Virus record (IMG/VR): IMGVR_UViG_3300033121_000578
Coordinates: 7,845 to 71,844 of that record
Length of the DNA: 64,000 nt
Strand: one strand, 5' to 3'
Source of the DNA: a virus
Positions 1 to 9,187 of this stretch are shown piece by piece. Position 1 is the stretch's first letter, and each line of letters starts with the position of its first letter. The notes beneath the pieces were generated by a model. The model saw only the letters and a program-made list of their open reading frames with translations. It ran no database searches and was not told the DNA's origin. The position numbers and the translations under genes are program-made.

Positions 1-101
1 AATGATATACGCTGGACATCTCTCTTTATAAGATTTCCTACATACGTCTTCATTTACCTAATTTAACGAGGCTATACCTCTCTTCATATTACTATGAAGT
101 T

Positions 102-131
102 AAAAAAGGTAGGGAGATTGCTCCCCCTACC
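102..131 (-). terminator. hairpin plus T-run terminator downstream of ORF 143-904
   Basis: GGTAGGG(N)CCCTACC stem at 108-131; the complement of the A-run 102-107 gives a U-tract on the minus strand. Confidence 0.5.
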
Positions 132-142
132 GCTACTCAAAA

Positions 143-904
143 TCAGAACACATAATTCAGGAATTTCTTTCCCAAATCAGATTGCTCCACCTCGGCACCG
201 TTTGCCTCCTCCAGAGCTGCAATGATAGCCTTATACAGCTTATCATAACGCACCTCCATCTCAGCACGCTCACGGTTGGTGATAGCACCGGAGAAGTCTT
301 GGGTTGTGTAGGAACCCGTAACTACCGGAGTATCAATGTTTTGTGTTACAGGAGGACGATTGGGGCTGTCCTTGATATGAGGGTCCTCAACGATGACTGT
401 CCTCTTCAGGGTAGTCTTCGTTTCACCCTTCTCAATGGGTGCCTCATAAATCTCCCTGCCTGAGAATACAGGGTCCTGTGTCTTGTTCCAGATTACTGTC
501 TCAGGACGGATGGGCAGGTTTTGTACCATATCCCGGAGTTTGCCATCCATAATACCCTTCAGACGGAGCAATTCCAGTGTGGTATACTTACCCCAGCTTT
601 GTCCGTCAACGACCAGTTCTGCACATACATTCTGTGCATTGGTCTTTTCGATAGACAACACTGTGGTGAGATAATCCTCACTGTGCTTCGTGAGCCACTG
701 AATCTGCTCATCAACAGTAGAGGATACATTCTGGAACTGACGCTTTTCAGGCTGGTCAGGGTGGTCGGGCTTAGCTTCAAAGGTCTTCCTTACGCCCATA
801 AAGAGACCTTGTTTGTTTTTGAACTTGGCGGACATATCGTCTACCATGTTTTTGTGGGATTTCTCCAGTTTCTCACGGAGTCCCAGTGCGACGCTCAGTT
901 TCAT
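143..904 (-). CDS. hypothetical protein (253 aa)
   Basis: long ORF, co-directional with the minus-strand block, terminator just 3'. Confidence 0.6.
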   Translation of the reverse strand: MKLSVALGLREKLEKSHKNMVDDMSAKFKNKQGLFMGVRKTFEAKPDHPDQPEKRQFQNVSSTVDEQIQWLTKHSEDYLTTVLSIEKTNAQNVCAELVVDGQSWGKYTTLELLRLKGIMDGKLRDMVQNLPIRPETVIWNKTQDPVFSGREIYEAPIEKGETKTTLKRTVIVEDPHIKDSPNRPPVTQNIDTPVVTGSYTTQDFSGAITNRERAEMEVRYDKLYKAIIAALEEANGAEVEQSDLGKKFLNYVF

Positions 905-1179
905 GCTGATTCTTTTTGTGGTTTAAGGGACTGATTTTTCTGATAGATTTCATCCCAGTTATAGGATGTTTCATCTATGAACTTGGCTTCAGTCTTCTGG
1001 CCAAATTCTTTCTCCCATTCTGCGAGGCGTTCAGGACGATTATCGTGCAAATCACCTTTTGCATAGCCTGAGCTACTACAGAAATGACTTGCAAGACAAT
1101 CACCTGTTTCTGGGTCAAAGATGTAAAAGGGAGAATCTGTCTTTACATTTGAACCCGGATAAATTACAAGGGTTTTCAT
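901..1179 (-). CDS. hypothetical protein (92 aa)
   Basis: ORF with 4-nt overlap coupling to neighbours. Confidence 0.5.
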   Translation of the reverse strand: MKTLVIYPGSNVKTDSPFYIFDPETGDCLASHFCSSSGYAKGDLHDNRPERLAEWEKEFGQKTEAKFIDETSYNWDEIYQKNQSLKPQKESA

Positions 1180-1379
1180 TCTTCATCCTTTTTTGAGGAC
1201 GATTCTCTCACACATGTTACTGTGATTGTGATATCCTCGTTACTGATTATGATATCCTCGTCCTTAAGATTTGCAGTATCTATTCCCATCTGGCGTGCTG
1301 CAAATGTCTTAGCCCAGCTAAGGATATCTGTCTTATCGTATACCACCCGTTGGGTAGTGGTTTCAGTATATGATGCCAT
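1176..1379 (-). CDS. hypothetical protein (67 aa)
   Basis: small ORF overlapping neighbour by 4 nt. Confidence 0.4.
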   Translation of the reverse strand: MASYTETTTQRVVYDKTDILSWAKTFAARQMGIDTANLKDEDIIISNEDITITVTCVRESSSKKDEE

Positions 1380-1569
1380 TTATTTCTTTTTTATTTTGAG
1401 ACGGGTTACCTCAACCTTCGAGGGACTCCACTTATCACATGACGTAATAAAGATATCCTTCATTAGTTCATCTGTAAGTTTACCTTGAAGTTTACCCTTC
1501 TTTTTCCTTACTTTTTCCCAAGCGTTCATAAAATTGTTTTAAAGGAGGGGTGGTTTCCCACCCTTCCTG

Positions 1570-2439
1570 TTAATAATCGTCTTCGTTGCTCCAGTTATCC
1601 TGCTTGGAGTACTCTTTCACTGTTTTGATGGCCTTATCAACAGGCACGCAATCAATACAGTGGTCAATTACTGCGTGCTTGAGTTCATCAATAGTGAGAG
1701 CGTTCTCTTCAGCCAGATAAGCAAACTTGCTCAGTTCCCTGTCCGTGATATGGGGCATCTTTGAGTGGATATAGTCCTTATATACCTCAATAGGCAGGGC
1801 CTTGATTTCAATGGTTAGTTTGATACGACTTCTTCTTTCCCGTATACGCTTGGGAATTTTGTTGAAGAAGTTGGTGCATCCAATGAAAATGCTCCTTTCA
1901 ATGGATTCAGTGCCGTCCAGAAAGGCCAGAAACTTTTCCTCATTACCACGAAAAGAGTTCTCAGCCTCATCCAGAAAGATAACAATCGGGTTATCCTGAA
2001 CGTCCCGGATTTTGTGACATACCAGCCTTATCCAGTCAGCATTATCGCCTGTGAAATCAATACACACAGCATTGAAATCACGTACAAGTTCACTCATAAT
2101 GAGCTGAACTGTGCAGGTTTTACCCGTGCCCGGAGGGCCATACATCAGAATACCCATCTTATGTGCCACACCCATCTGCTTATACATAGCAGTAACATTG
2201 GGTGAGAAAAAGTGGGTACACTTATCAATGACAGTACTAATAGCACCCGTCTTGAATTTGATGAGGTCTTCCTTTAATGTGACAGGAGATAACGATATTG
2301 CAGTAGGCTGGAAGGGGACACTTATATCATACGAGCTGTAAATTCCCGGAGGAAGTTTCTCATACTGTGTCTCGATGAGGTCCAGTCTCTGCATGATGAT
2401 ATCATGTCTGTCCCTGTGTTTAATGAAATTCGTTGCCAT
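1570..2439 (-). CDS. AAA+ family ATPase
   Basis: Walker A GPPGTGKT and Walker B IVIFLDEAE in a 289-aa ORF. Confidence 0.8.
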   Translation of the reverse strand: MATNFIKHRDRHDIIMQRLDLIETQYEKLPPGIYSSYDISVPFQPTAISLSPVTLKEDLIKFKTGAISTVIDKCTHFFSPNVTAMYKQMGVAHKMGILMYGPPGTGKTCTVQLIMSELVRDFNAVCIDFTGDNADWIRLVCHKIRDVQDNPIVIFLDEAENSFRGNEEKFLAFLDGTESIERSIFIGCTNFFNKIPKRIRERRSRIKLTIEIKALPIEVYKDYIHSKMPHITDRELSKFAYLAEENALTIDELKHAVIDHCIDCVPVDKAIKTVKEYSKQDNWSNEDDY

Positions 2440-2452
2440 GTGATTGGGGGTT

Positions 2453-2698
2453 TTAGTGATTATCTAGTAATTGTTCTAGTTCTTCGTATTCTTTCTTAGG
2501 ATATTGCAGATGTAACATATCCAAATGCCAAGCGTCTGTTCCTATATCACCCACGTACTCTGTTACTCTCTCAGACCATTGGTTATGATATATACCCTTG
2601 TATGGGCACAACTTCCATCTGCAGGTATGTGCATCCTTTCTGTCATATATAATTATACAGATAAGGAACACAAGCAGTATTTCGAGTATCTTTTTCAT
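2453..2698 (-). CDS. small protein with N-terminal hydrophobic segment (81 aa)
   Basis: ORF; N-terminal segment LEILLVFLICIII looks like a signal peptide or TM helix. Confidence 0.4.
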   Translation of the reverse strand: MKKILEILLVFLICIIIYDRKDAHTCRWKLCPYKGIYHNQWSERVTEYVGDIGTDAWHLDMLHLQYPKKEYEELEQLLDNH

Positions 2699-2741
2699 TG
2701 CAGTTAATTAAAAGGATACCCCATTTCTGAGGTATCCTTGG

Positions 2742-2978
2742 TTAAACTTTTGGCAGGTGAAGGAGAATCCTTTCTCCCTCCATAAGAACCAGCTCATCAC
2801 TATATGCCCTTACGGACATACCTAATTGATTCTCAAACACATAATCTGCCTCTGCCTCTATCTCCTTAGGGAGGAGTGGGACTGAATACTTTACTGTTCT
2901 CTGTCTTCCATCTGCATGGATATACAGTACAGTAAAGGGATTATGTGAGATTACCCTGTAGGCTACTGCTCTGGGCAT
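2742..2978 (-). CDS. hypothetical protein (78 aa)
   Basis: ORF in minus-strand block. Confidence 0.4.
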   Translation of the reverse strand: MPRAVAYRVISHNPFTVLYIHADGRQRTVKYSVPLLPKEIEAEADYVFENQLGMSVRAYSDELVLMEGERILLHLPKV

Positions 2979-3310
2979 TAGCTAAGCATTGGGGTGAGCA
3001 AATTCTTGGCCTTATCTACTTTCTCCACTTCCTGCAGCATCTCAGTCATTTTCTTGATAGAACCTCCGTTTTCGAGGTTAATCATGAGCATGAAGGAGAA
3101 CATCTCCACGGCCCTTTTGTTTTCATCAGTAGGTGCTACCTTATACTCCTTCAGGGCATCTTCGAGTTTCTCGATAATGTCTTCAGTAGGCATAATTGTA
3201 GCAGCCATAAACAGCAACTGTTTCATGTGACTTATTTTGGGGTTAATGAATACATAGAAAAGGACTAGTAGAGGGCTTAACGGACCCTCCATGAGGACAA
3301 ATATGTCCAC
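2978..3310 (-). CDS. hypothetical protein (110 aa; an internal Met near 3226 may be the real start)
   Basis: ORF in minus-strand block. Confidence 0.45.
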   Translation of the reverse strand: MDIFVLMEGPLSPLLVLFYVFINPKISHMKQLLFMAATIMPTEDIIEKLEDALKEYKVAPTDENKRAVEMFSFMLMINLENGGSIKKMTEMLQEVEKVDKAKNLLTPMLS

Positions 3311-3405
3311 CTCACCAAACTCACCTGTTTAGGGCATATTGTTCGGGAAACTAGTCCTACTCACTAACCCTCCATCATCACTGCTTTATAGTAATGAACG
3401 AGGGA

Positions 3406-3663
3406 TTAGCCACCCAGCTTTGCCATCAGCTCGGCAAGAGGGTTTTTGGCCTGTGAAATCAGGTCACCCAGCATAAAGCAGGATAACATCAGGCGTGTAG
3501 GGTCATCTTTGTACTTGTTGTACAGATGTTCCAGAGCCTTGGATTTGTTACCTGTTTCTGCAGCTTCAAAGACTTCAGGCTTGATTTCTTTGACGGCATC
3601 ATCGGGGAGAGACAGGCTCGCTGTGAGCGTCTTTTCTTCGTGTTTAAACTGTACTTGTTCCAT
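3406..3663 (-). CDS. hypothetical protein (85 aa)
   Basis: ORF. Confidence 0.5.
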   Translation of the reverse strand: MEQVQFKHEEKTLTASLSLPDDAVKEIKPEVFEAAETGNKSKALEHLYNKYKDDPTRLMLSCFMLGDLISQAKNPLAELMAKLGG

Positions 3664-4034
3664 ATATATGGGGTTTTAGTGAACACAAATAAAGAGAGCC
3701 AACCCACAAAGGCCAGCTCCCACTATCATCAGAGGTCGTTCAACACACAATCATATAACACAACCTCCGGGAATTATCCCATAGTCTCGGAGGACCATAC
3801 CACATTTCATAGGTTAGCTAAACCTATTTGTTGTGGGTTTAAGGCAGTCCTCATGCAGCTCGCACTAATCCCTTGATAGTCAAGGAGATAAGCCCAATAT
3901 AGTAGCACAATTACACCCTGCTTCTCAGATGTATTCCCTATACTTCGCACCCTTCGATACGTAATCTCAGGTGTATAAGGAGTGCTACTATTCTCTATGT
4001 CACTGATTCTCACAGTGATAGCAAAGGACTATTG

Positions 4035-4325
4035 CTAGTCCTGTTCAACCATTACTTCTTCAAGGATTTCCTCCAGTTTAACTTCACCCGGAGGCAATAT
4101 CTCTCTCAACTGGGATAATGGTACTCCCAGTTCAGTGCCTGTCAATAAGTTATGGCCTATTACACCTTCTTCAAATACAGCGTAACGACTCATACTTGCA
4201 AAGCAGAATCCGATATCCCGTATCATGTACGGGGTTTTCTCATCCATGACAGGTAACCACTTAACCTCAGGTCTTACATGGCCTTCTTTCATGGGAAGAA
4301 CGACAACAATGCTTCCTATCTTCAT
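4035..4325 (-). CDS. hypothetical protein (96 aa)
   Basis: ORF; followed upstream by a ~950-bp noncoding region. Confidence 0.5.
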   Translation of the reverse strand: MKIGSIVVVLPMKEGHVRPEVKWLPVMDEKTPYMIRDIGFCFASMSRYAVFEEGVIGHNLLTGTELGVPLSQLREILPPGEVKLEEILEEVMVEQD

Positions 4326-4657
4326 ATAGTGGAGTTTTAGTTTACATTATTGAAAATCTTATGTGAATAGTGAAACAGTCACGATAGGTAAGCTGTATAG
4401 ATGGGGCAGGATTTCATTTAAGGAGAGCTTATCCTCCAGCCCTGCTTTACTTGTTACCCTTCAGTTGGTCCTTCCAACCTATTGGTGCCCATTCAGCATC
4501 TCCATCTACCGTTGCTACAGGTGATTTGCTGTCCTGTAGGGGTGAATCTAACTACTCACATAAGATTTGTATCACTAGTCAGCCTCTAATTCATAGACAT
4601 GTACCAATGGCAGAATTTGCCGGGGTATGGCCTACTATAACTTGGCTGATATACCAC

Positions 4658-4730
4658 ATTCTCTTATATATGGTATATGATAGTTCTCACAAAATTTTCT
4701 CAGCTCCTAACCCTACTAGTATAAGAGAAT
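4658..4730. repeat. inverted repeat ATTCTCTTATA / TATAAGAGAAT within the large noncoding region
   Basis: arms at 4658-4670 and 4720-4730, about 11 bp perfect; flanking GATATACCA and ATATACCAG modules. Confidence 0.5.
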
Positions 4731-5066
4731 ATACCAGTATTACGGTTGCTCTGGCTAAGTAATAGGTTTTATAACAGTGCTTACTGAAGGCACCTATACC
4801 TACCTCTCTGATATGCTCCTCACGAGAGATTCTCCAAAAAACGTATTCCTACGTATTAAGAACTACTAACCTTAGTAGATACAATACTACCTATCCCCAT
4901 GTTTCAGTTGATTACAGATATAGAGGTAATTAAACATGGTTTGCCCTTATACAGGAAAAGGGCTGCTTTTAGTTAAAATTGTAATATACTGCACCAAATC
5001 TGACTTGGCAGATGGTATACTTCCACGAATCTTTCTCACATTTGGGGAAGGGTTTTAGAACACTAT

Positions 5067-5095
5067 TTTCCCACTTTTCCCCACTTTTTACCACA
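5067..5095. repeat. three tandem ~10-bp repeats TTTTCCCCAC-like
   Basis: ttttcccac, ttttccccac and tttttaccac follow one another directly; more CCCAC copies at 5111 and 5152. Confidence 0.5.
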
Positions 5096-5215
5096 TTTTG
5101 GCACAAAAAATCCCACCTTCGTACTCCACGGAGGCACTTTCCGCATCATATCTCCCACTTATTGCTTAAATCATAAATGAAAACGGTATACCTATCTGAG
5201 AGCTTTCAGTGGGGA

Positions 5216-5263
5216 CTTTTTTAAAAAACATAACCTACTACCAGTATTTCACCGATAGTAGGT
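5216..5263 (-). terminator. hairpin terminator downstream of ORF 5281-5886
   Basis: AACCTACTA(N15)TAGTAGGTT perfect 9-bp stem flanked by an A/T run; a U-tract on the minus strand. Confidence 0.55.
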
Positions 5264-5280
5264 TATATGATTTGCTGGGC

Positions 5281-5886
5281 TTAGTTCTTCTTACCAGCAC
5301 CTGCTGTAGCAGTAGGCTCAGGTGTTGCAGTAGGCTCAGGAGCCACGGCTGCTTTCTGCTGCTTTTCGTACTCTTCCATCCACTTCACCATATCTACAGG
5401 GCCTTCACCCTCATAGAGTTGTTTGATGGATGTTTGTACTTTAGCCCTGTTATCAGCAGCCAGCCTTCTGCCCTTACGACGGAAGGATTCACTGGTCAGC
5501 CAGATACGGGCAGGAGCAGTCAGGACAGCACGACCTCTTACCATCTGGTACTTGGGCTTGGATACATCCATTTTCAGGGTACCCTGATACCGCAGGCCAT
5601 CTGCAGTTTTGGTGAGACCCAGAGCCAGTTGGTTTACATCATCACCAGCCACATACACCTTGATATCCCGGATAGTGGGAAGTTTACCCTTGTCATTGGG
5701 GATACTGCCTTCAGCTACAAGCGGCTGCTTGAGCGTCAGTATCTTCAGGGTAACGCCTTCTTCACCATCAGGACCTGCAGCAGAGGAATCATCGTCAACC
5801 TTGACGATTTCCATTTCTACCTTAGGTTCGAGGCTGTTCAACAGTTCCAGACCGTGTAACAGTTTCTTTGTTTGTTCTTCGTTCAT
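5281..5886 (-). CDS. hypothetical protein with PEPTAT low-complexity C-terminus (201 aa)
   Basis: long ORF; C-terminal PEPTATPEPTATAGAGKKN. Confidence 0.6.
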   Translation of the reverse strand: MNEEQTKKLLHGLELLNSLEPKVEMEIVKVDDDSSAAGPDGEEGVTLKILTLKQPLVAEGSIPNDKGKLPTIRDIKVYVAGDDVNQLALGLTKTADGLRYQGTLKMDVSKPKYQMVRGRAVLTAPARIWLTSESFRRKGRRLAADNRAKVQTSIKQLYEGEGPVDMVKWMEEYEKQQKAAVAPEPTATPEPTATAGAGKKN

Positions 5887-6073
5887 AATTTTCAGATTTA
5901 GAAATTATTGTTAACAATAAATGAAAGACAACCACCGCCTACTCGCCCTGCTTGGTGGATTCATCATTTAAAAAAATAGGGCACCACAGATAAAAATATG
6001 ATGCATTTAATGATAAAAACAATCTGCAGCTCATGTTGCAGAACTGCAGATTGTTGTGTATCAGGCAGTTGTA

Positions 6074-6739
6074 TTATGCAATGTCCTTCAGGTCAAAGCC
6101 GTACATCCGTGCAGCATCAACCCTTTCCCTTGCAGAGATGCGTCCAAGCACCTGCATAGAGTGAAGACTGATGAGTGTGCACATAGCACGCTTGGGCAGA
6201 ACTTCCTCCTGTTTGCCATTCCATGTGGTGAGGCGAGGAGGAAAGATATCAACCATGCCCTTCTCCAGCTTAATCTTGAGGACAGGATACTCCTTATTCG
6301 TAGCAGGGTCCAGCCACTTCTTGGGCTTATTGCCATCCTTCACCTCATCAGCCTTAGCAGCCTTGACCTGCATGAAGAAATCAGTCATCCAGATTTCGTT
6401 CACATCCATGCTAAGCGTACCCATCTTATTGCCAAACTTACGCTTGAGCGTGCTGTTGACACCAACCATAGGCTTCAACAGCTTGAAGATGAAGAACTTA
6501 GTAACGTCCGGCATGGTATTGAGCTTCTCCTCAAGCTCCGTGTACTTCTTAGTATCACGCTTGAGCATGGCCTCATTAAGCTCAGCTTCAAGGGCCTTAC
6601 GCTCCTTATCATAACCCAGTTGGGTACGATAGAGAACGCATTCGAATTCTAAACCGTCTGTGCCATTGCTGGCATCGGAGTTGGTGATAACCTTCTCCAT
6701 GGCATCCTTAATGATGCCAATTTGCATGATGTCTTTCAT
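6074..6739 (-). CDS. hypothetical protein (221 aa)
   Basis: long ORF; the plus-strand ORFs 6056-6652 and 6171-6614 are antisense shadows. Confidence 0.6.
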   Translation of the reverse strand: MKDIMQIGIIKDAMEKVITNSDASNGTDGLEFECVLYRTQLGYDKERKALEAELNEAMLKRDTKKYTELEEKLNTMPDVTKFFIFKLLKPMVGVNSTLKRKFGNKMGTLSMDVNEIWMTDFFMQVKAAKADEVKDGNKPKKWLDPATNKEYPVLKIKLEKGMVDIFPPRLTTWNGKQEEVLPKRAMCTLISLHSMQVLGRISARERVDAARMYGFDLKDIA

Positions 6740-6830
6740 TTGTTAACAATTTGTGCTTACTCTCTTTTTTATAACAGGTTTGTTCAGCGTCTTCCCTGTT
6801 TCCACATTTTTAGCCTAATAGTGGTAACTG

Positions 6831-7097
6831 TCAGCTTTTGGCAGGTTGCTGACTACCTTCTTTAATTGTGAATTGCTCAGTTGCTTTATATGTGAATACT
6901 ATGATTTTCAAAGCTCCCCATGTCATAATCCCATCAAAATCAGGGGCATTTACCAGAAGTTTGCAGATTTCAGGACTAATCTTTTCCCTGAAACATTTCA
7001 CAATATGATATGACCCAATAATAAACTCAGAAACCTCATGTGGATAACCACTCACAGTGAGTGCATCCGACAACTGACTCAATTGATAAATTGTCAT
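6831..7097 (-). CDS. hypothetical protein (88 aa)
   Basis: ORF. Confidence 0.45.
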   Translation of the reverse strand: MTIYQLSQLSDALTVSGYPHEVSEFIIGSYHIVKCFREKISPEICKLLVNAPDFDGIMTWGALKIIVFTYKATEQFTIKEGSQQPAKS

Positions 7098-7157
7098 AAT
7101 TTACCTCCTTGATTTGTAGCCAATTAGGTTGTTAAGACCAGTTGGCTGGGTTAATAA

Positions 7158-7544
7158 TTAAGATTTCTTCCAGTTTTCGTCAACAGTGGGTTCAGGTGTA
7201 GGTTTGTTGGGCCTAACATAAGCAGGTTTAACATCACCTACATATTCTTTGATGATGTTAATAGACTCATGGAATTCCAACTCGGCCCGAAGAATGTCAA
7301 CGAATTCTTCAATTGTTGCTCCCTCCTTGTACTTGAGGCTATTACAGTTGCCAACGTGTGACATGATAATGTCCCTGACACTTGCTTTGGGCAACAATTT
7401 GGTCAGGTAGCTCAGCACATTCTTGCTGACAATTACCAAATCAATACCCTCATTAAGATTAGCAACCAATACAGGTGCCTCTTTACCATTCGGTAAAGCC
7501 ACCATTTCGTGCTGATTCACAGCTTCTTGTGCATTCTTGTTCAT
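7158..7544 (-). CDS. hypothetical protein (128 aa)
   Basis: ORF. Confidence 0.55.
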   Translation of the reverse strand: MNKNAQEAVNQHEMVALPNGKEAPVLVANLNEGIDLVIVSKNVLSYLTKLLPKASVRDIIMSHVGNCNSLKYKEGATIEEFVDILRAELEFHESINIIKEYVGDVKPAYVRPNKPTPEPTVDENWKKS

Positions 7545-7576
7545 ATCTGTAATCGTGGTGTTTTGTCACCACTTGA

Positions 7577-7620
7577 GCCAGAGTGGGACTCGAACCCACT
7601 CCATCCTCCAAGTCTGGCTT
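7577..7620 (-). pseudogene. tRNA-derived minihelix / 3' fragment (acceptor plus T-arm only)
   Basis: minus strand reads AGCCAGA-(13 nt)-GTGGG TTCGAGT CCCAC-TCTGGCT-C; perfect 7-bp acceptor and 5-bp T-stem but no D or anticodon arm. Confidence 0.4.
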
Positions 7621-7622
7621 AA

Positions 7623-7922
7623 CTAACGCAATGAAAGCCTGAGTTTATACTCGGATAACTTATCAATAATCTCTTTTATGCTCTTTTCACCACAGTTCCT
7701 GATTTTGGATAAATCCTCAATAGTATAGGTTGAGGTAAAATGCTCCAACGTATCATCAAGTACTCTTCCATCTAATTGGTAAAGAATATTGATGATTCTT
7801 GCGTTATATCCAAATACATCACGCATAGTTGGCTCAATATCAGGTTTTTGTAACTCTTCAGCTATCTCCTTAAGACTGTCTGCAATACCATGCAAAATTC
7901 TTGAGATTTTACTTTTGTTCAT
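7623..7922 (-). CDS. RNA polymerase alpha-subunit C-terminal-domain-like HhH DNA-binding protein
   Basis: C-terminal LSKIRNCGEKSIKEIIDKLSEYKLRLS closely matches the alpha-CTD motif [22 protein letters not shown] (recalled from memory). Confidence 0.55.
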   Translation of the reverse strand: MNKSKISRILHGIADSLKEIAEELQKPDIEPTMRDVFGYNARIINILYQLDGRVLDDTLEHFTSTYTIEDLSKIRNCGEKSIKEIIDKLSEYKLRLSLR

Positions 7923-7935
7923 AGTTTAGCCCTCC

Positions 7936-8175
7936 TTAGGCTACATTTTGTTTTATACGTGGATAAAGTGCAGTATCCAACTCCTTAACCATGCCCTCAT
8001 CCTCGAACTCTTCGAGCAGTTCAAAGGAATGTGTCTGCTTTAGTTCTGCTAAAGAGTTGGCATAGACTATATTGCCAGTTACGGCATTATGGCCAATGGC
8101 AAACCTCTTGTCTGATTCGTGTGCCACAACCACTCCCTCAGACCAGATGGTTGTATAGGCAATAAACTTGTTCAT
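7936..8175 (-). CDS. hypothetical protein (79 aa)
   Basis: ORF; its start lies inside the 19-bp repeat TCATGTTGTCTAGTTTTAA. Confidence 0.5.
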   Translation of the reverse strand: MNKFIAYTTIWSEGVVVAHESDKRFAIGHNAVTGNIVYANSLAELKQTHSFELLEEFEDEGMVKELDTALYPRIKQNVA

Positions 8176-8190
8176 GTTGTCTAGTTTTAA
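8172..8190. repeat. 19-bp exact direct repeat, copy 1 (copy 2 at 8330-8348)
   Basis: tcatgttgtctagttttaa occurs twice; on the minus strand it spans the stop of one gene, AACTAGACAAC and the ATG of the next. Confidence 0.6.
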
Positions 8191-8333
8191 TCCTTACTAA
8201 GTGCAGCTGCACCAGCAAGGCATGTAATTGTTAACAATACAAATATCCAGTGTGTTTCGACAGCACACATGAATATCGTTGCAGCTACGATTAGGAACAC
8301 CGTCAGCCCCTTCTCAAATTGTTGTTTTGTCAT
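8187..8333 (-). CDS. small membrane protein (48 aa)
   Basis: unlisted minus-strand ORF MTKQQFEKGLTVFLIVAATIFMCAVETHWIFVLLTITCLAGAAALSKD, bounded by the two repeat copies. Confidence 0.35.
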   Translation of the reverse strand: MTKQQFEKGLTVFLIVAATIFMCAVETHWIFVLLTITCLAGAAALSKD

Positions 8334-8344
8334 GTTGTCTAGTT

Positions 8345-8659
8345 TTAAGATTTATAATAATTATCAATATCAGTGTCCTTACACATGGCATCGAGAATAG
8401 GATAGTTATTGACCACTAAATCATTGAATGACAAGCATTTATTTGCCATTACAACGATATAATAATTCTTATCCTTTTTATGATGGATATGCATCACACG
8501 ACATACACAGCCATTGTGTTTGATACGAATACCATCACCCTCAATGATAAGAGGACGCTTGACAGGCAATCTGTCACGAATGACCTCAATACCATATTTG
8601 ATAAGGAAGCCCCGATAAGACATCTCATCCTTCGGGACCTTAAACATAATTGTACTCAT
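8345..8659 (-). CDS. hypothetical protein (104 aa)
   Basis: ORF. Confidence 0.5.
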   Translation of the reverse strand: MSTIMFKVPKDEMSYRGFLIKYGIEVIRDRLPVKRPLIIEGDGIRIKHNGCVCRVMHIHHKKDKNYYIVVMANKCLSFNDLVVNNYPILDAMCKDTDIDNYYKS

Positions 8660-8958
8660 GACTTTTGAGTTGATTGTTTGATATAATAGATGTCAATCAT
8701 TATTCCATTCAAATCACGAATACATTCATGAACGAAATGAATGGATGTCCAAAGTCTGTCTCGTTCTTTAAAGAACTCATCTCTTGTAAAGAAACGAACA
8801 GGTGTGTGCATCAGCCTTTGGGACAATACAACATTTCGGCCATTAATGTTGTACATGTGTCCTACGATAGTAATCATAATAATAAATGACAGTAGGATGT
8901 CAGCCTTTAATTTGTTGCCGTAATTTAATGTCATACTCAGTAATAACACCAATGTCAC
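8656..8958 (-). CDS. small membrane protein (start may be the Met at ~8877)
   Basis: hydrophobic ORF; the conserved 30-bp element lies immediately 5' of the internal Met MITIVGH. Confidence 0.45.
   Translation of the reverse strand: MTLVLLLSMTLNYGNKLKADILLSFIIMITIVGHMYNINGRNVVLSQRLMHTPVRFFTRDEFFKERDRLWTSIHFVHECIRDLNGIMIDIYYIKQSTQKS
8886..8915. repeat. 30-bp direct repeat containing palindrome TGACA-N6-TGTCA, copy 1 (copy 2 at 9197-9228)
   Basis: near-identical ATGACAGTAGGATGTCAGCCTTTAATTTGTT at both sites; on the minus strand each copy sits immediately 5' of an ATGATTA start. Confidence 0.6.
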
Positions 8959-9187
8959 TGATAATCAATTGCTTACTGTATGTGAGAAGCAGGATAAATG
9001 GTACAACCATTGTCCAATATACTATCTCATCAGCTCCCTCAATCGAGTGGATTAATATACCACATACTGTAATGCAGATGATAACAAATGCCCACAAGCA
9101 CCTGATAATCCGCCTGTTGCGTTTCTTCATCTTGTTGTTGTGAATTATCAACTGTAACTCACTGGAGATTGTCTGTTTCATAATCAT
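8900..9187 (-). CDS. small membrane protein (95 aa)
   Basis: hydrophobic ORF; conserved 30-bp element immediately upstream. Confidence 0.45.
   Translation of the reverse strand: MIMKQTISSELQLIIHNNKMKKRNRRIIRCLWAFVIICITVCGILIHSIEGADEIVYWTMVVPFILLLTYSKQLIISDIGVITEYDIKLRQQIKG

Noticed and set aside
4451-4762. 103-aa plus-strand ORF in the large noncoding region
   Set aside because: Ser/Cys/Leu-rich with no start context, on the strand opposite to the surrounding operon; more likely noncoding
5209-5859. 216-aa plus-strand ORF
   Set aside because: Antisense shadow of the 201-aa minus-strand ORF; Cys/Leu/Ser-rich
6056-6652. 198-aa and 147-aa plus-strand ORFs
   Set aside because: Antisense to the 221-aa minus-strand gene
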